Part shown: positions 21,510 through 30,625 of the stretch, in pieces
Numbering within the stretch: position 1 is the stretch's first letter
How the letters are laid out: each line of letters starts with the position of its first letter
Assembly: GCA_944321015.1 (NCBI GenBank)
Contig: CALUJS010000006.1
Location: 6,849-70,848, forward strand
Origin: an uncultured Phocaeicola sp.
GTDB lineage: Bacteria > Bacteroidota > Bacteroidia > Bacteroidales > Bacteroidaceae
DNA length: 64,000 bases
Direction of reading: 5' to 3'
Notes under the pieces: generated by a model
What the model saw: the letters and a program-made list of their open reading frames with translations, nothing else
Told to the model about the DNA's origin: nothing
Database searches by the model: none
Translations under genes and position numbers: made by a program

Positions 21510-23540
21510 TTAATAGCCGTTTGTTCCATATTCGGCGGCGTTATCAATCTGGCTCAGGAAGTTGTAAGAAACAGGACGCAGATAGTGCTTGCCGGGATCG
21601 AAATTCTCGGCGGCACGCGGATTACCTTTAGCCAAACGACTTTCAAACGTATCTTTATGACGTTTCATCAACGGCCAACGTTGATATTCGCCACACAATT
21701 CGCGGGCATACTCATCGAATACGTCATCCATTGTGGCGTTGGAAAGCTTCATATGGGTTTCATAATCATTGGCATTGCGGCAAGCACGCTTACGAAGTAC
21801 GTTCAAATACTCGGCAGCCTTTCCGCCGTTACCCAACTGCACGTTGGCCTCTGCGGCCAACAGATAGACTTCAGCCATACGCATGATGTAAATATCACCG
21901 GCAAATCTCTGCAGGTTATTTGAACGTGAACCCTCAAATGTCCAGATATATTTATTCAGACCCGGATACATTTTGAAGTCATTGGGCACCTTGATGTTGC
22001 TGGTTCTATATTCATAGCCGCTTCCCCGCTGCTGGAACAAATCGTCAATGTTGATGCAGTAATAAATGCGCTTTGCTTTATCGGCATCTGTCAATTTATC
22101 TTTAGACAAGTAGATGCAGAAGCGATCATCGTCTTCAGCCAACGGATAAGGAACCACCAGCGGATTCTTCACATCTACCAACTTGGTCGGGTCTCCGCTA
22201 TGCTCGCCCTTGGGCCATACCTTCACCGAAGTGGGTTGTGTGCTCCAACCTGCATCTTCTGCCCAATAACCATCATAATCGAAATAAGGATAAATCTTCT
22301 TTCCGATGAAAGAAGGATCCAAACCGTATTCCTGCTGAATAGCTTCCGTTATCTCTACATAACTAAAACCACCTTTCTGATTAAAGAACTTAGAATATTC
22401 AGCATTACTTACCTCATAGGCTCCACCGTTTTGCACTGCGGACATTTGGGCAAAAGCGGTCGTAAAAGTCACCTCCCAACGTTTGTCATAACGTGCATCA
22501 AAGCAGTCAATCAGATACTTGGAAGGAGCAAGTGTATTATTATTCACACGACCGTATTGATATGTGGCTCCATCTTTTGTCGGGAAGATATTGGACAAGC
22601 CACTAGGTTTGGGAAAAACATAAGTATGCAAGTTAGACGTGTTGCTCAAATTATAAGTCTGCGCATCCAGCATATTCGGACCACAGGCAACGAAAAGAGC
22701 TTCTTTGTTGTTCTGATTGTTGGCTTGTGCCCACATGTCTTCCACATCATCATAGATAGCCGCACCATAAGCACCCATATTGGCAATCAGGTCCTCGGCT
22801 GTGCGACGAGCGCATTCCCAATAGCTCACGCCTTCGTCCTGCAAATTCAGTTCGGGATATTCACCGGCACCTTGCGCATAGACGCGAGCCAACAGACCCA
22901 AGGCTGTCTTTTTGGTCACACGGGCCCGATTGTTCTCATACGGAGTGGTGCCCAGATTGTCGCGGGCAAACTTCAAATCATCCACGATTTGAGCATACAG
23001 CTCGGGAATCGTACTACGCACGGGACTCGTGACGGGCGATTGGGATGACTCCTCCAAATTCAACGTCACATTGCCATAATAGGTGACAAGTATCGAATAA
23101 TAATACGCACGCAGGCAACGAGCTTCAGCGACCAATGTCGTAATGTCCTGTGGATTGCCGTCAGTCACATCGGCCGCCCGGTTTACCACCGCATTACAGT
23201 TGCCAATCATGGAGTAAGCCTGCCCCCACAACTTATTGGTGGCATTGGTATTGGTGGTCAAACCATCATAGTAGATTACTTCTTTTGCATAATCAGGAGC
23301 CCCACCCGGCGTCAACCAACAGTCGGTACCGCCTTCGGCTACCGAAAGAAAATCGTAGGCACTGAAAAGCTGCCCGTACAAAGATTGATAACAATACGAC
23401 TGCAAGCCTTTGAAGCCTTCGAAAGTAGACCATACATCGTCCGCCGTTTTCTGGCTGGGATTGTATTCGTCCAAAGAGCATGCGTTCAATGAGGCTACGG
23501 CAAATACAGCAGTGGCCAATTTATAAATATATTTCTTCAT
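21510..23540 (-). CDS. SusD/RagB-family nutrient-binding outer-membrane lipoprotein
   Basis: 676 aa with a lipoprotein signal 'MKKYIYKLATAVFAVASLNAC'. It sits 23 bp downstream of a SusC-type gene, and its composition is typical of SusD proteins. Confidence 0.88.
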   Translation of the reverse strand: MKKYIYKLATAVFAVASLNACSLDEYNPSQKTADDVWSTFEGFKGLQSYCYQSLYGQLFSAYDFLSVAEGGTDCWLTPGGAPDYAKEVIYYDGLTTNTNATNKLWGQAYSMIGNCNAVVNRAADVTDGNPQDITTLVAEARCLRAYYYSILVTYYGNVTLNLEESSQSPVTSPVRSTIPELYAQIVDDLKFARDNLGTTPYENNRARVTKKTALGLLARVYAQGAGEYPELNLQDEGVSYWECARRTAEDLIANMGAYGAAIYDDVEDMWAQANNQNNKEALFVACGPNMLDAQTYNLSNTSNLHTYVFPKPSGLSNIFPTKDGATYQYGRVNNNTLAPSKYLIDCFDARYDKRWEVTFTTAFAQMSAVQNGGAYEVSNAEYSKFFNQKGGFSYVEITEAIQQEYGLDPSFIGKKIYPYFDYDGYWAEDAGWSTQPTSVKVWPKGEHSGDPTKLVDVKNPLVVPYPLAEDDDRFCIYLSKDKLTDADKAKRIYYCINIDDLFQQRGSGYEYRTSNIKVPNDFKMYPGLNKYIWTFEGSRSNNLQRFAGDIYIMRMAEVYLLAAEANVQLGNGGKAAEYLNVLRKRACRNANDYETHMKLSNATMDDVFDEYARELCGEYQRWPLMKRHKDTFESRLAKGNPRAAENFDPGKHYLRPVSYNFLSQIDNAAEYGTNGY

Positions 23541-23563
23541 GTCTTAATTATTTTTAATGAGGA

Positions 23564-26500
23564 TTAGAACGATACATTAACACCAAATACCAACTGTTTG
23601 GTCAACGGATATTTCAATGAGCCATTCATTTCCGGGTCATAATCCTTAATCAGGTTGCTCTTGGCCCATACGAACGGATTTGTAATGGTAGCATATACAC
23701 GACACTTCTGCATGCCGGCCTTGTTGGCATAGCGGGTCGGAAGCGTATATCCCAACGTGATGTTCTTAATCTTAAAGAATGAACCGTCAACATAAGGACG
23801 TGCATAGTAACCCGTATATTGTTCTATGGATCTTCCTGCATTGGCTGCCGGGAAATCGTTGGACGGATTATCCGGTGTCCAATAGCTGAAATAGGTCGGG
23901 AAGTTGTCCACACCCTGCGGGTCGTATGAACCTAAGAGCTTGTAATTAATCATTTGTCCCCAACGGGCATAAGCGTAAATCGTCAGGTCAAAGTCTTTAT
24001 ACGTCAATGTGTTCTGGAAACCAAGGCTCCAATCGGGCGAATTGTGGCCCAACACCTGATAATCGTCACCGCCTATGGTATATGGATTATCTTTGTCATA
24101 ATACACTGTTTCGCCTTCCTCGTTCACTTTATAGAAACGTCCGTCGGCTTCCTTGTGCATACCGGGAATGTTGATTTTATAATCACCGGGAGCTGCTCCA
24201 AAGACTGCCGCATCGGCTTCTTCACCCAATTGCCAGATGCCATCAATTTTGTAATGATAGAATGAGTTGACGGCCTCGCCCATGGCCAATACGTAACCGG
24301 TAGTACCGTTGGATACCGGTTTTCCGGACAAATCATCAGTAGCCAGTTTGGTAATCTTTTCCTTATTATAGGTATAAGTCAGTGTCGATGTCCAAGTAAA
24401 ATCTTTGGTAACGATGTTGCGCGTGTTCAGCGTCAATTCAAAACCGGTATTCTTGGTCTCGCAGATATTCAAATTCGTCTGATAGTTCGAGCCGGTACCA
24501 CCGTCCACTCCAAAGGAACCGTTTGTTACGGCAATAGAACGATTCCAGATAACACCTTTCGTCTTTGTGTTATAATAATCCATGGTCACATCGATGCGAT
24601 TTTTCAGGAATGCGGCATCGATACCCACGTTTGTACTGTAAGACTTCTCCCATCCTAAAGTGTAGTTAGGCACATTCTGGGAATAGATATACACCGGAGT
24701 ATATACACCGCCCAATGAAATGGCCGTGGGGCTGGTAGCCAAAGAAGATGCAGAAGAGTACGGATCAATGCCGGCTGTACCGGTCACACCATAACCCAAA
24801 CGGATTTTCAGATTATCCAACCATCCTCTGGTTTGCTCCATAAACTTTTCATCGGAAATACGCCATCCTAAAGAAAATGCGGGGAATGTATCCCAACGAT
24901 TTCCATCGGCCAAGCGAGACGAACCATCATAACGCACAGAAGCGGCAAAAAGATATTTTCCCTTGTAGGAATAGTTGATACGCCCCACATAACCCATACC
25001 TTTCGACATGGAGTAGTTGGTATAACCACGTGTGTTGGTATTGTTTTCCTGAATGTTATGCCATAAGAATTTATTATCAGTGATACCGGTCTGATAGAGG
25101 CAGCTTTCGTCCGACTGGTTATGATTCCATGTGGTAACAGCCGTAATGGTGAAATCGTGGTCGTTGGCTACTGTAAAATTATAAGTCAGGATGTTTTCCC
25201 ACTTGTAACTGTAATCGCGATTATTGTCCACTTGTGCTTTAATGGCTCCATCTTTTTCTTCACCTTTATACCACTGCACCGAACCTCTTCCTTCAAACAG
25301 ATTATTGCGCTTGTATGCCAAAGCCGCGCCAATCTGAGAACGGAACGTCAAGCCCTTCAAAGGAGAAATCTCAATATAAGGGTTGAAATAAAGTCTGAAA
25401 TTCTCCGTTTGATTCTTATAAAGAGAAGCATCATCGTTCAACAGATAGTTGTACACCGTAGGACGTCCCACAACCGGACGCGGATTGATACTGCCATCCT
25501 CATTATAAAGTGTTCCCAAAGGAATCGTTACCATCAAATTTTCCAAATCTGAATCGGCCTTGTTCTGATGGGTGTACGACAATTGTGCATCTACTCCCAT
25601 CTTGAACCAATCATTCAGATTGTGGTCAATGCGCAGCTTCGATGAATACACCTTATAATTGTCCTGTTTGAACTGACCGGCTTCGTCCGAGAAGTTCATT
25701 GAAAAATAGGCTCTCGTTTTTTCATTGCCTCCGGATACGGATAGTGAATAGTTTTGCGTCACTGCAGTACGGAGCAATGCATCCACCCAATCGATATACT
25801 GATTGTTGACATGGGCCTTGTAAGCATTCGAATCGCCAAATACGGCATTCATCAATTTCTCATCATCAGCCGGCGATGACCAGTTACCGTCCTGAGCAAA
25901 CGCAGACGCATCGCGTATGGTCTGTATGTAGCTTTCGCCACTGCGCATGGTAGGAGTTTCCGACCAACCATTAAAACCTACATAAGCATTGAAATTCACA
26001 GCTACTTTACCAACCTGGCCGCTCTTGGTCGTAATAAGCACAACACCATTGGCACCGCTCGAACCATAGATAGCTGTTGAAGAAGCATCTTTCAACACCT
26101 CAATAGACTCAATATCATTCGGATTTAATGTGGCATAATCACCCGGCATACCATCGATGATAAACAACGGATTACCGCTTGCCGCAAACGAACGAGTACC
26201 ACGAAGTTGCATTTTTATGCCGGAACCGGCCTGTCCTGATTCTTTCGTAATGTCCAAACCGGCTACTTTACCCTGCAATGCCTGCATGGGGTTAGTGCCC
26301 GGATTCAATACGATGTCCTCACTCTTGACCGAGGCTATCGATCCCGTCAAGTCACGTTTTTTCATCGTACCGTAACCGATTACCACCACTTCGTCAAGCA
26401 GTTGGTTGTCCGGTTCCATGCGTACAACCATTTGTCCGGAAGTAATCTTCACGGTCTGGGCTTTGTAGCCCATGTAAGTCAGTTGGAGTTCGCTCGCTCC

Positions 26501-26800
26501 GGTCGGAGCATTGAGTTTGAAATTACCGTCAAAATCGGTTATCGCACCGACTTGCGTACCTTTTACCAAAACCGAAACACCAATCATCGGCTCGCCATTC
26601 TCGTCGAGCACTTGACCGGTAACGTTTCTTGTTTGTTGAACTTCTTGAGGATTAGACGATTTTACCCCCCCCCACGCGTTTTCCGCAGCTACGGGAAGAG
26701 AAAACAAAGCGGCTGACAATCCCCACACAAAAAATGAACGGCCATACATACGGGCCTTCATTGCATCTTTGGAATGCACAGAATCTGTCCTACGTTCCAT
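23564..26800 (-). CDS. SusC/RagA-family TonB-dependent outer-membrane transporter
   Basis: 1078 aa. It has a signal peptide and a carboxypeptidase-regulatory-like segment 'VTGQVLDENGEPMIGVSVLVKGTQVGAITDFDGNFKL'. The plug region contains 'VVVIGYGTMKKRDLTGSI', and the barrel ends in '...FGVNVSF'. I see no STN (anti-sigma signalling) extension. An alternative start, MKARMYG, is at 26761. Confidence 0.9.
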   Translation of the reverse strand: MERRTDSVHSKDAMKARMYGRSFFVWGLSAALFSLPVAAENAWGGVKSSNPQEVQQTRNVTGQVLDENGEPMIGVSVLVKGTQVGAITDFDGNFKLNAPTGASELQLTYMGYKAQTVKITSGQMVVRMEPDNQLLDEVVVIGYGTMKKRDLTGSIASVKSEDIVLNPGTNPMQALQGKVAGLDITKESGQAGSGIKMQLRGTRSFAASGNPLFIIDGMPGDYATLNPNDIESIEVLKDASSTAIYGSSGANGVVLITTKSGQVGKVAVNFNAYVGFNGWSETPTMRSGESYIQTIRDASAFAQDGNWSSPADDEKLMNAVFGDSNAYKAHVNNQYIDWVDALLRTAVTQNYSLSVSGGNEKTRAYFSMNFSDEAGQFKQDNYKVYSSKLRIDHNLNDWFKMGVDAQLSYTHQNKADSDLENLMVTIPLGTLYNEDGSINPRPVVGRPTVYNYLLNDDASLYKNQTENFRLYFNPYIEISPLKGLTFRSQIGAALAYKRNNLFEGRGSVQWYKGEEKDGAIKAQVDNNRDYSYKWENILTYNFTVANDHDFTITAVTTWNHNQSDESCLYQTGITDNKFLWHNIQENNTNTRGYTNYSMSKGMGYVGRINYSYKGKYLFAASVRYDGSSRLADGNRWDTFPAFSLGWRISDEKFMEQTRGWLDNLKIRLGYGVTGTAGIDPYSSASSLATSPTAISLGGVYTPVYIYSQNVPNYTLGWEKSYSTNVGIDAAFLKNRIDVTMDYYNTKTKGVIWNRSIAVTNGSFGVDGGTGSNYQTNLNICETKNTGFELTLNTRNIVTKDFTWTSTLTYTYNKEKITKLATDDLSGKPVSNGTTGYVLAMGEAVNSFYHYKIDGIWQLGEEADAAVFGAAPGDYKINIPGMHKEADGRFYKVNEEGETVYYDKDNPYTIGGDDYQVLGHNSPDWSLGFQNTLTYKDFDLTIYAYARWGQMINYKLLGSYDPQGVDNFPTYFSYWTPDNPSNDFPAANAGRSIEQYTGYYARPYVDGSFFKIKNITLGYTLPTRYANKAGMQKCRVYATITNPFVWAKSNLIKDYDPEMNGSLKYPLTKQLVFGVNVSF

Positions 26801-26845
26801 CGTTTTCTAGGTTAACAAATGAATAATTAATTAGTTCTCTGTCGG

Positions 26846-26853
26846 CAAAGATA
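26846..26853 (-). promoter_or_regulatory. Candidate -7 promoter box TATCTTTG upstream of susC
   Basis: The minus strand reads TATCTTTG, an exact TAnnTTTG match. It lies 45 nt upstream of ATG 26800 and 84 nt upstream of the alternative ATG at 26761. The nearest TTTG is at the wrong spacing (26 nt). Confidence 0.35.
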
Positions 26854-27048
26854 AGGATAATTTAAGTTTGTATGCATTTCAAATACAAAAAAACAAAGAA
26901 TATCCCCGTTTTTAACATTTGTACGCTACCAAAATCCCCAATTATCCCCGTTTATCCGTGCATATTTCGGCATCCATGCCCGAAAACATGACGGAAGGGT
27001 CTATCCAAGTCCCGCGATTGACCTGGAACAACAGACTATATTCGGAAC

Positions 27049-27090
27049 AAAAAAACTCCCCTCTCGCCATGACAATGGAAAGAAGGGAGG
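27049..27090 (-). terminator. Rho-independent terminator after pepD
   Basis: CTCCCCTCT (27056-27064) pairs with AGAAGGGAG (27081-27089) with one mismatch. On the minus strand a T7 run follows (27049-27055 on the plus strand is A7). Confidence 0.65.
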
Positions 27091-27131
27091 ATGATAAGAG
27101 AGTGCCTTATACCTTAATATATAAGGATGGC

Positions 27132-28592
27132 TCAAACTTTTTTGGGCGTATTGGCCAAAGTGGCTGTCAGGAAGTCGTAGAACTTCTGAACGGACGATAT
27201 CAGTACGCGCTCATCGGGCGACTGGTGCGAGCGGAGCGTAGGACCGAAGGATATCATGTCCAGTCCCGGAACAATGGAACCGATGATGCCGCATTCCAAA
27301 CCGGCATGTACGACCTTCACGGCCGGCTCGGCGCCAAACTGCTCTTCGTAGGATTTCACCATGGCTTTCAGGATGGGCGACTCGACGTCGGGGTTCCAAC
27401 CGGAGTAACTGCCACTCATTTCGACCTTCATCCCGGCCATGGAGAAGCAGCTTTCCAGCGAGAGCGCGCGATATTTCTTCATTGATTCCGACGAACTGCG
27501 AACAAGCAGGCTGAATTGGGCTTTGCCTTCGGTAATGGTCACGATGGAAAGATTGGATGAGGTCTCTACCGTGTCGGGAATGGTAGGAATCATACGGCAG
27601 ATGCCGTCCTGACAAGCATAGATGGCGTCTACGAGATTGTCCTGAATCTCTTCAGGGGTTTCCATGGCCGGACGTTCCACGCATTCGGCTTTGAAGGAAA
27701 TCGGGGTTTCGAGTGCGTGATACTCTTCATTGAACAAGTCTTCGCAACGTTTTACCAATGTCTGGAGCTTCTCCTCATCCTGTGCGGGCAGGGTCAGCAC
27801 AACGTCTGCCTCACGCGGAATGGCATTGCGCATATTGCCTCCGCACCAAGTGGCCAGACGTGCGTTGCAGGTGGTGATGGCTTCGCGCACGAAGCGTGCC
27901 ATCAGCTTGTTGGCGTTCGCGCGGCCTTGGTTGATTTCCAATCCGGAGTGGCCTCCGCGCAATCCTTTCAGGCTTACTTTCATGGCAATGTGCGACGGAT
28001 TGGTCTCCACTTCCTTGTATTGCAGGGTAGCCGTTACGTCCACACCTCCGGCACAACCGATATACAGTTCGCCTTCTTCTTCCGAATCGAGGTTCAGCAG
28101 GATTTCTCCATGCAGCGTGCCGGGCTTCAATCCGAATGCGCCATACATGCCGGTCTCTTCGTCTACCGTAATCAGCGCTTCGAGCGCGCCATGTTTCAGG
28201 GTCTTGTCTTCCATTACCGCCATGATTGCGGCTACGCCCATGCCGTTGTCGGCGCCCAGCGTGGTGCCTTTGGCTTTCACCCATTCGCCATCCACGTAGG
28301 TTTCAAGCGGGTCTTTCTCGAAATCGTGCACCGTGTCGTTGTTCTTCTGCGGCACCATGTCCATGTGGGCCTGCAGAATCACGCCCTTGCAATCTTCCAT
28401 GCCCGGTGTGGCCGGCTTGCGCATGATGATGTTGCCCACTTCGTCCTTGAATGCCTCGATGCCGGCCTCCTTGGCAAACTGCAGTAAGAACTCCTGTACC
28501 GGTCCCATGAAGCCCGAGGGGCGAGGAACTTGGGTCAATCCGTAAAAATGCTTCCACACGTTCTGTGGAGCTAATGACAAAATTGTACTCAT
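27132..28592 (-). CDS. pepD: Aminoacyl-histidine dipeptidase (M20C, PepD)
   Basis: 486 aa starting MSTILSLAPQNVWKHFYGLTQVPRPSG, with 'LQAHMDMVPQKN' and 'GTTLGADNGMG'. This is a typical PepD length and motif set. Confidence 0.88.
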   Translation of the reverse strand: MSTILSLAPQNVWKHFYGLTQVPRPSGFMGPVQEFLLQFAKEAGIEAFKDEVGNIIMRKPATPGMEDCKGVILQAHMDMVPQKNNDTVHDFEKDPLETYVDGEWVKAKGTTLGADNGMGVAAIMAVMEDKTLKHGALEALITVDEETGMYGAFGLKPGTLHGEILLNLDSEEEGELYIGCAGGVDVTATLQYKEVETNPSHIAMKVSLKGLRGGHSGLEINQGRANANKLMARFVREAITTCNARLATWCGGNMRNAIPREADVVLTLPAQDEEKLQTLVKRCEDLFNEEYHALETPISFKAECVERPAMETPEEIQDNLVDAIYACQDGICRMIPTIPDTVETSSNLSIVTITEGKAQFSLLVRSSSESMKKYRALSLESCFSMAGMKVEMSGSYSGWNPDVESPILKAMVKSYEEQFGAEPAVKVVHAGLECGIIGSIVPGLDMISFGPTLRSHQSPDERVLISSVQKFYDFLTATLANTPKKV

Positions 28593-28705
28593 AATAGTTT
28601 AAGGTTTTATGTTTCTTTCGGGCTCTTTGACATCAGGACTAGAGTTGTCTTCTGCGCTTGCAGCCGTGTCGTCATCCTACAACTGATTTTGACAAACTGA
28701 AAGGT

Positions 28706-29707
28706 TCAGACACCTCTTGACCCTGAAATCGGCCGTTTGTTTGTAAACGGCAGAGCCGCTAATCCGTAAATGCCTAACAAAATTATTAATAATGTTTGAA
28801 TACCATGCACAATTAAGGCAAAAATTCCGGCGTCTTCCCAACTTACCCCGTAAAGGCTCATCATGGAGATGATTGCAAAGTGCCAAGGACCTGCTCCGTT
28901 GGGGGTGGGAACAAGCACGGCTATGCTACCGGCAACAAACATCACGAGACCTGCCACCCACCCCAGACGGGCTGAAAAGTCAAAGCAATAAAACGTGAGA
29001 TAGAAATGCAGAAAGTAGCAAGCCCATATGGCTATCGTATAGAAAATAAAGAGGGGCAGATTCTTCACCTTGCGCAGTGAAAGAATGCCCTCCCACACAT
29101 TAAGCATGAGGCCCTTTATGCGACTGAAGAAAGCCAGCTTGCGCACCAGAAAATACAGCAATACGAAAAAAGCAATGCCCGATGCGCTTACTATATATAA
29201 TATAGGTGAAGCAAACCAATCGGATACGGAATGGAAATTGGTTCCGGTCTTGGCAAAGAAGGCGTCGAAGATGTGGATGTTGAGCAAAAGCGTTCCTCCG
29301 ATAAAAAGCAGCACACACAAACTGTCAATCAGACGTTCCGTAACCACCGTACCCAACGCTTTGGAAAACGACACTCCATCATATTTAGCCAACACGCCAC
29401 AACGAGAGACCTCCCCCAAACGCGGAATAATCATGTTGCTGGCGTATGAAATAAATATAGCATTCACACAGTTGCTCCTTTTCGCATGTTCGCCCATGGG
29501 CTCAAGGGTCTGCCTCCAGCGCCATCCGCGCAACGCATGGCTCAGCACGCCAAAGACCAACGACACCGACATCCAGAACCAATCTAACTGATGCCATACA
29601 TTTCCCACCTGAGACAAATCGAAATCACGATAAGTGCGATACATGATGGCACCTCCCAACACAAAAGGGAGTACTATCTTCAGACAAGTATTTAGTATCT
29701 TTTTCAA
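28706..29707 (-). CDS. UPF0104 / lysylphosphatidylglycerol-synthase-TM-region-like (flippase-like) integral membrane protein
   Basis: 333 aa with about 8 hydrophobic segments. It resembles the TIGR00374-type family from memory, and no catalytic domain is attached. Confidence 0.55.
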   Translation of the reverse strand: MKKILNTCLKIVLPFVLGGAIMYRTYRDFDLSQVGNVWHQLDWFWMSVSLVFGVLSHALRGWRWRQTLEPMGEHAKRSNCVNAIFISYASNMIIPRLGEVSRCGVLAKYDGVSFSKALGTVVTERLIDSLCVLLFIGGTLLLNIHIFDAFFAKTGTNFHSVSDWFASPILYIVSASGIAFFVLLYFLVRKLAFFSRIKGLMLNVWEGILSLRKVKNLPLFIFYTIAIWACYFLHFYLTFYCFDFSARLGWVAGLVMFVAGSIAVLVPTPNGAGPWHFAIISMMSLYGVSWEDAGIFALIVHGIQTLLIILLGIYGLAALPFTNKRPISGSRGV

Positions 29708-29748
29708 GAGATGTTATCTTAATATTATATGAATCTATGTACCTTTGC

Positions 29749-29756
29749 GCATCGCA
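29749..29756 (+). promoter_or_regulatory. Candidate -7 promoter box TACCTTTG upstream of rsmA
   Basis: Exact TAnnTTTG match ending 64 nt upstream of the rsmA ATG at 29821. Confidence 0.35.
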
Positions 29757-29820
29757 AATTGCTGCAAAGATAAAAAGGATAAGAACAAACCACATACAAA
29801 TCAACCATAAAATAAGGGCT

Positions 29821-30609
29821 ATGAGATTGGTAAAACCGAAAAAATTCCTAGGGCAACACTTCCTGAAAGATTTAAGCATCGCACAAGACATTGCCAACAC
29901 GGTAGATGTCTGTCCCGAACTTCCCATCCTGGAAGTCGGACCGGGTATGGGGGTCTTAACCCAATTTCTGCTGACCAAGCAACGCCCGGTGAAGGTTGTG
30001 GAACTTGATTTTGAATCTGTCGCTTATCTGAAAGAGAACTTTCCGTCCTTGCAAAGCAATAATATCATCGAATGCGATTTCCTGAAGATGAATCTGGAAG
30101 AGGTATTTGACGGACAGCCATTTGTCCTTACCGGGAATTATCCTTATAATATCTCAAGCCAAATCTTCTTCAAGATGCTTGATTATAAAAACCTCATTCC
30201 ATGTTGCACCGGAATGATACAAAAGGAAGTGGCCGAGCGCATAGCTGCCGCTCCGGGAAGCAAAACCTACGGCATTCTCAGTGTACTTATCCAAGCATGG
30301 TACAAGGTAGAATATCTGTTTACTGTACACGAACATGTATTCAACCCGCCTCCCAAGGTGAAAAGCGCCGTCATCCGGATGACCCGCAATGATGTTCAGA
30401 CATTGGGTTGCGACGAAAGACTGTTCAAGCAAATAGTAAAAACGACATTCAACCAACGCCGCAAAACGTTACGCAACTCCATCAAGCCCATTTTAGGCAA
30501 GGACAGCCCGTTATATGCCGACCCCTTGTTCAACAAACGGCCGGAACAACTTTCCGTGCAAGAATTCATCGACTTAACCAACCGTGTGACATCGGCTATT
30601 GCCAAATAA
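29821..30609 (+). CDS. rsmA: 16S rRNA (adenine1518/1519-N6)-dimethyltransferase
   Basis: The conserved start MRLVKPKKFLGQHFL is at the internal ATG 29821. It has the SAM motif 'VLEVGPGMGVLT' and is 262 aa. Confidence 0.9.
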   Translation: MRLVKPKKFLGQHFLKDLSIAQDIANTVDVCPELPILEVGPGMGVLTQFLLTKQRPVKVVELDFESVAYLKENFPSLQSNNIIECDFLKMNLEEVFDGQPFVLTGNYPYNISSQIFFKMLDYKNLIPCCTGMIQKEVAERIAAAPGSKTYGILSVLIQAWYKVEYLFTVHEHVFNPPPKVKSAVIRMTRNDVQTLGCDERLFKQIVKTTFNQRRKTLRNSIKPILGKDSPLYADPLFNKRPEQLSVQEFIDLTNRVTSAIAK

Positions 30610-30625
30610 ACGCAAGGTAACAAAC

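Noticed and set aside
25933-25939. GCCACTG, the 'B12 box' core of cobalamin riboswitches
   Set aside because: It is a single heptamer inside the susC coding sequence with no surrounding riboswitch architecture. No such motif lies upstream of the corrinoid-gene cluster (55630-56172).
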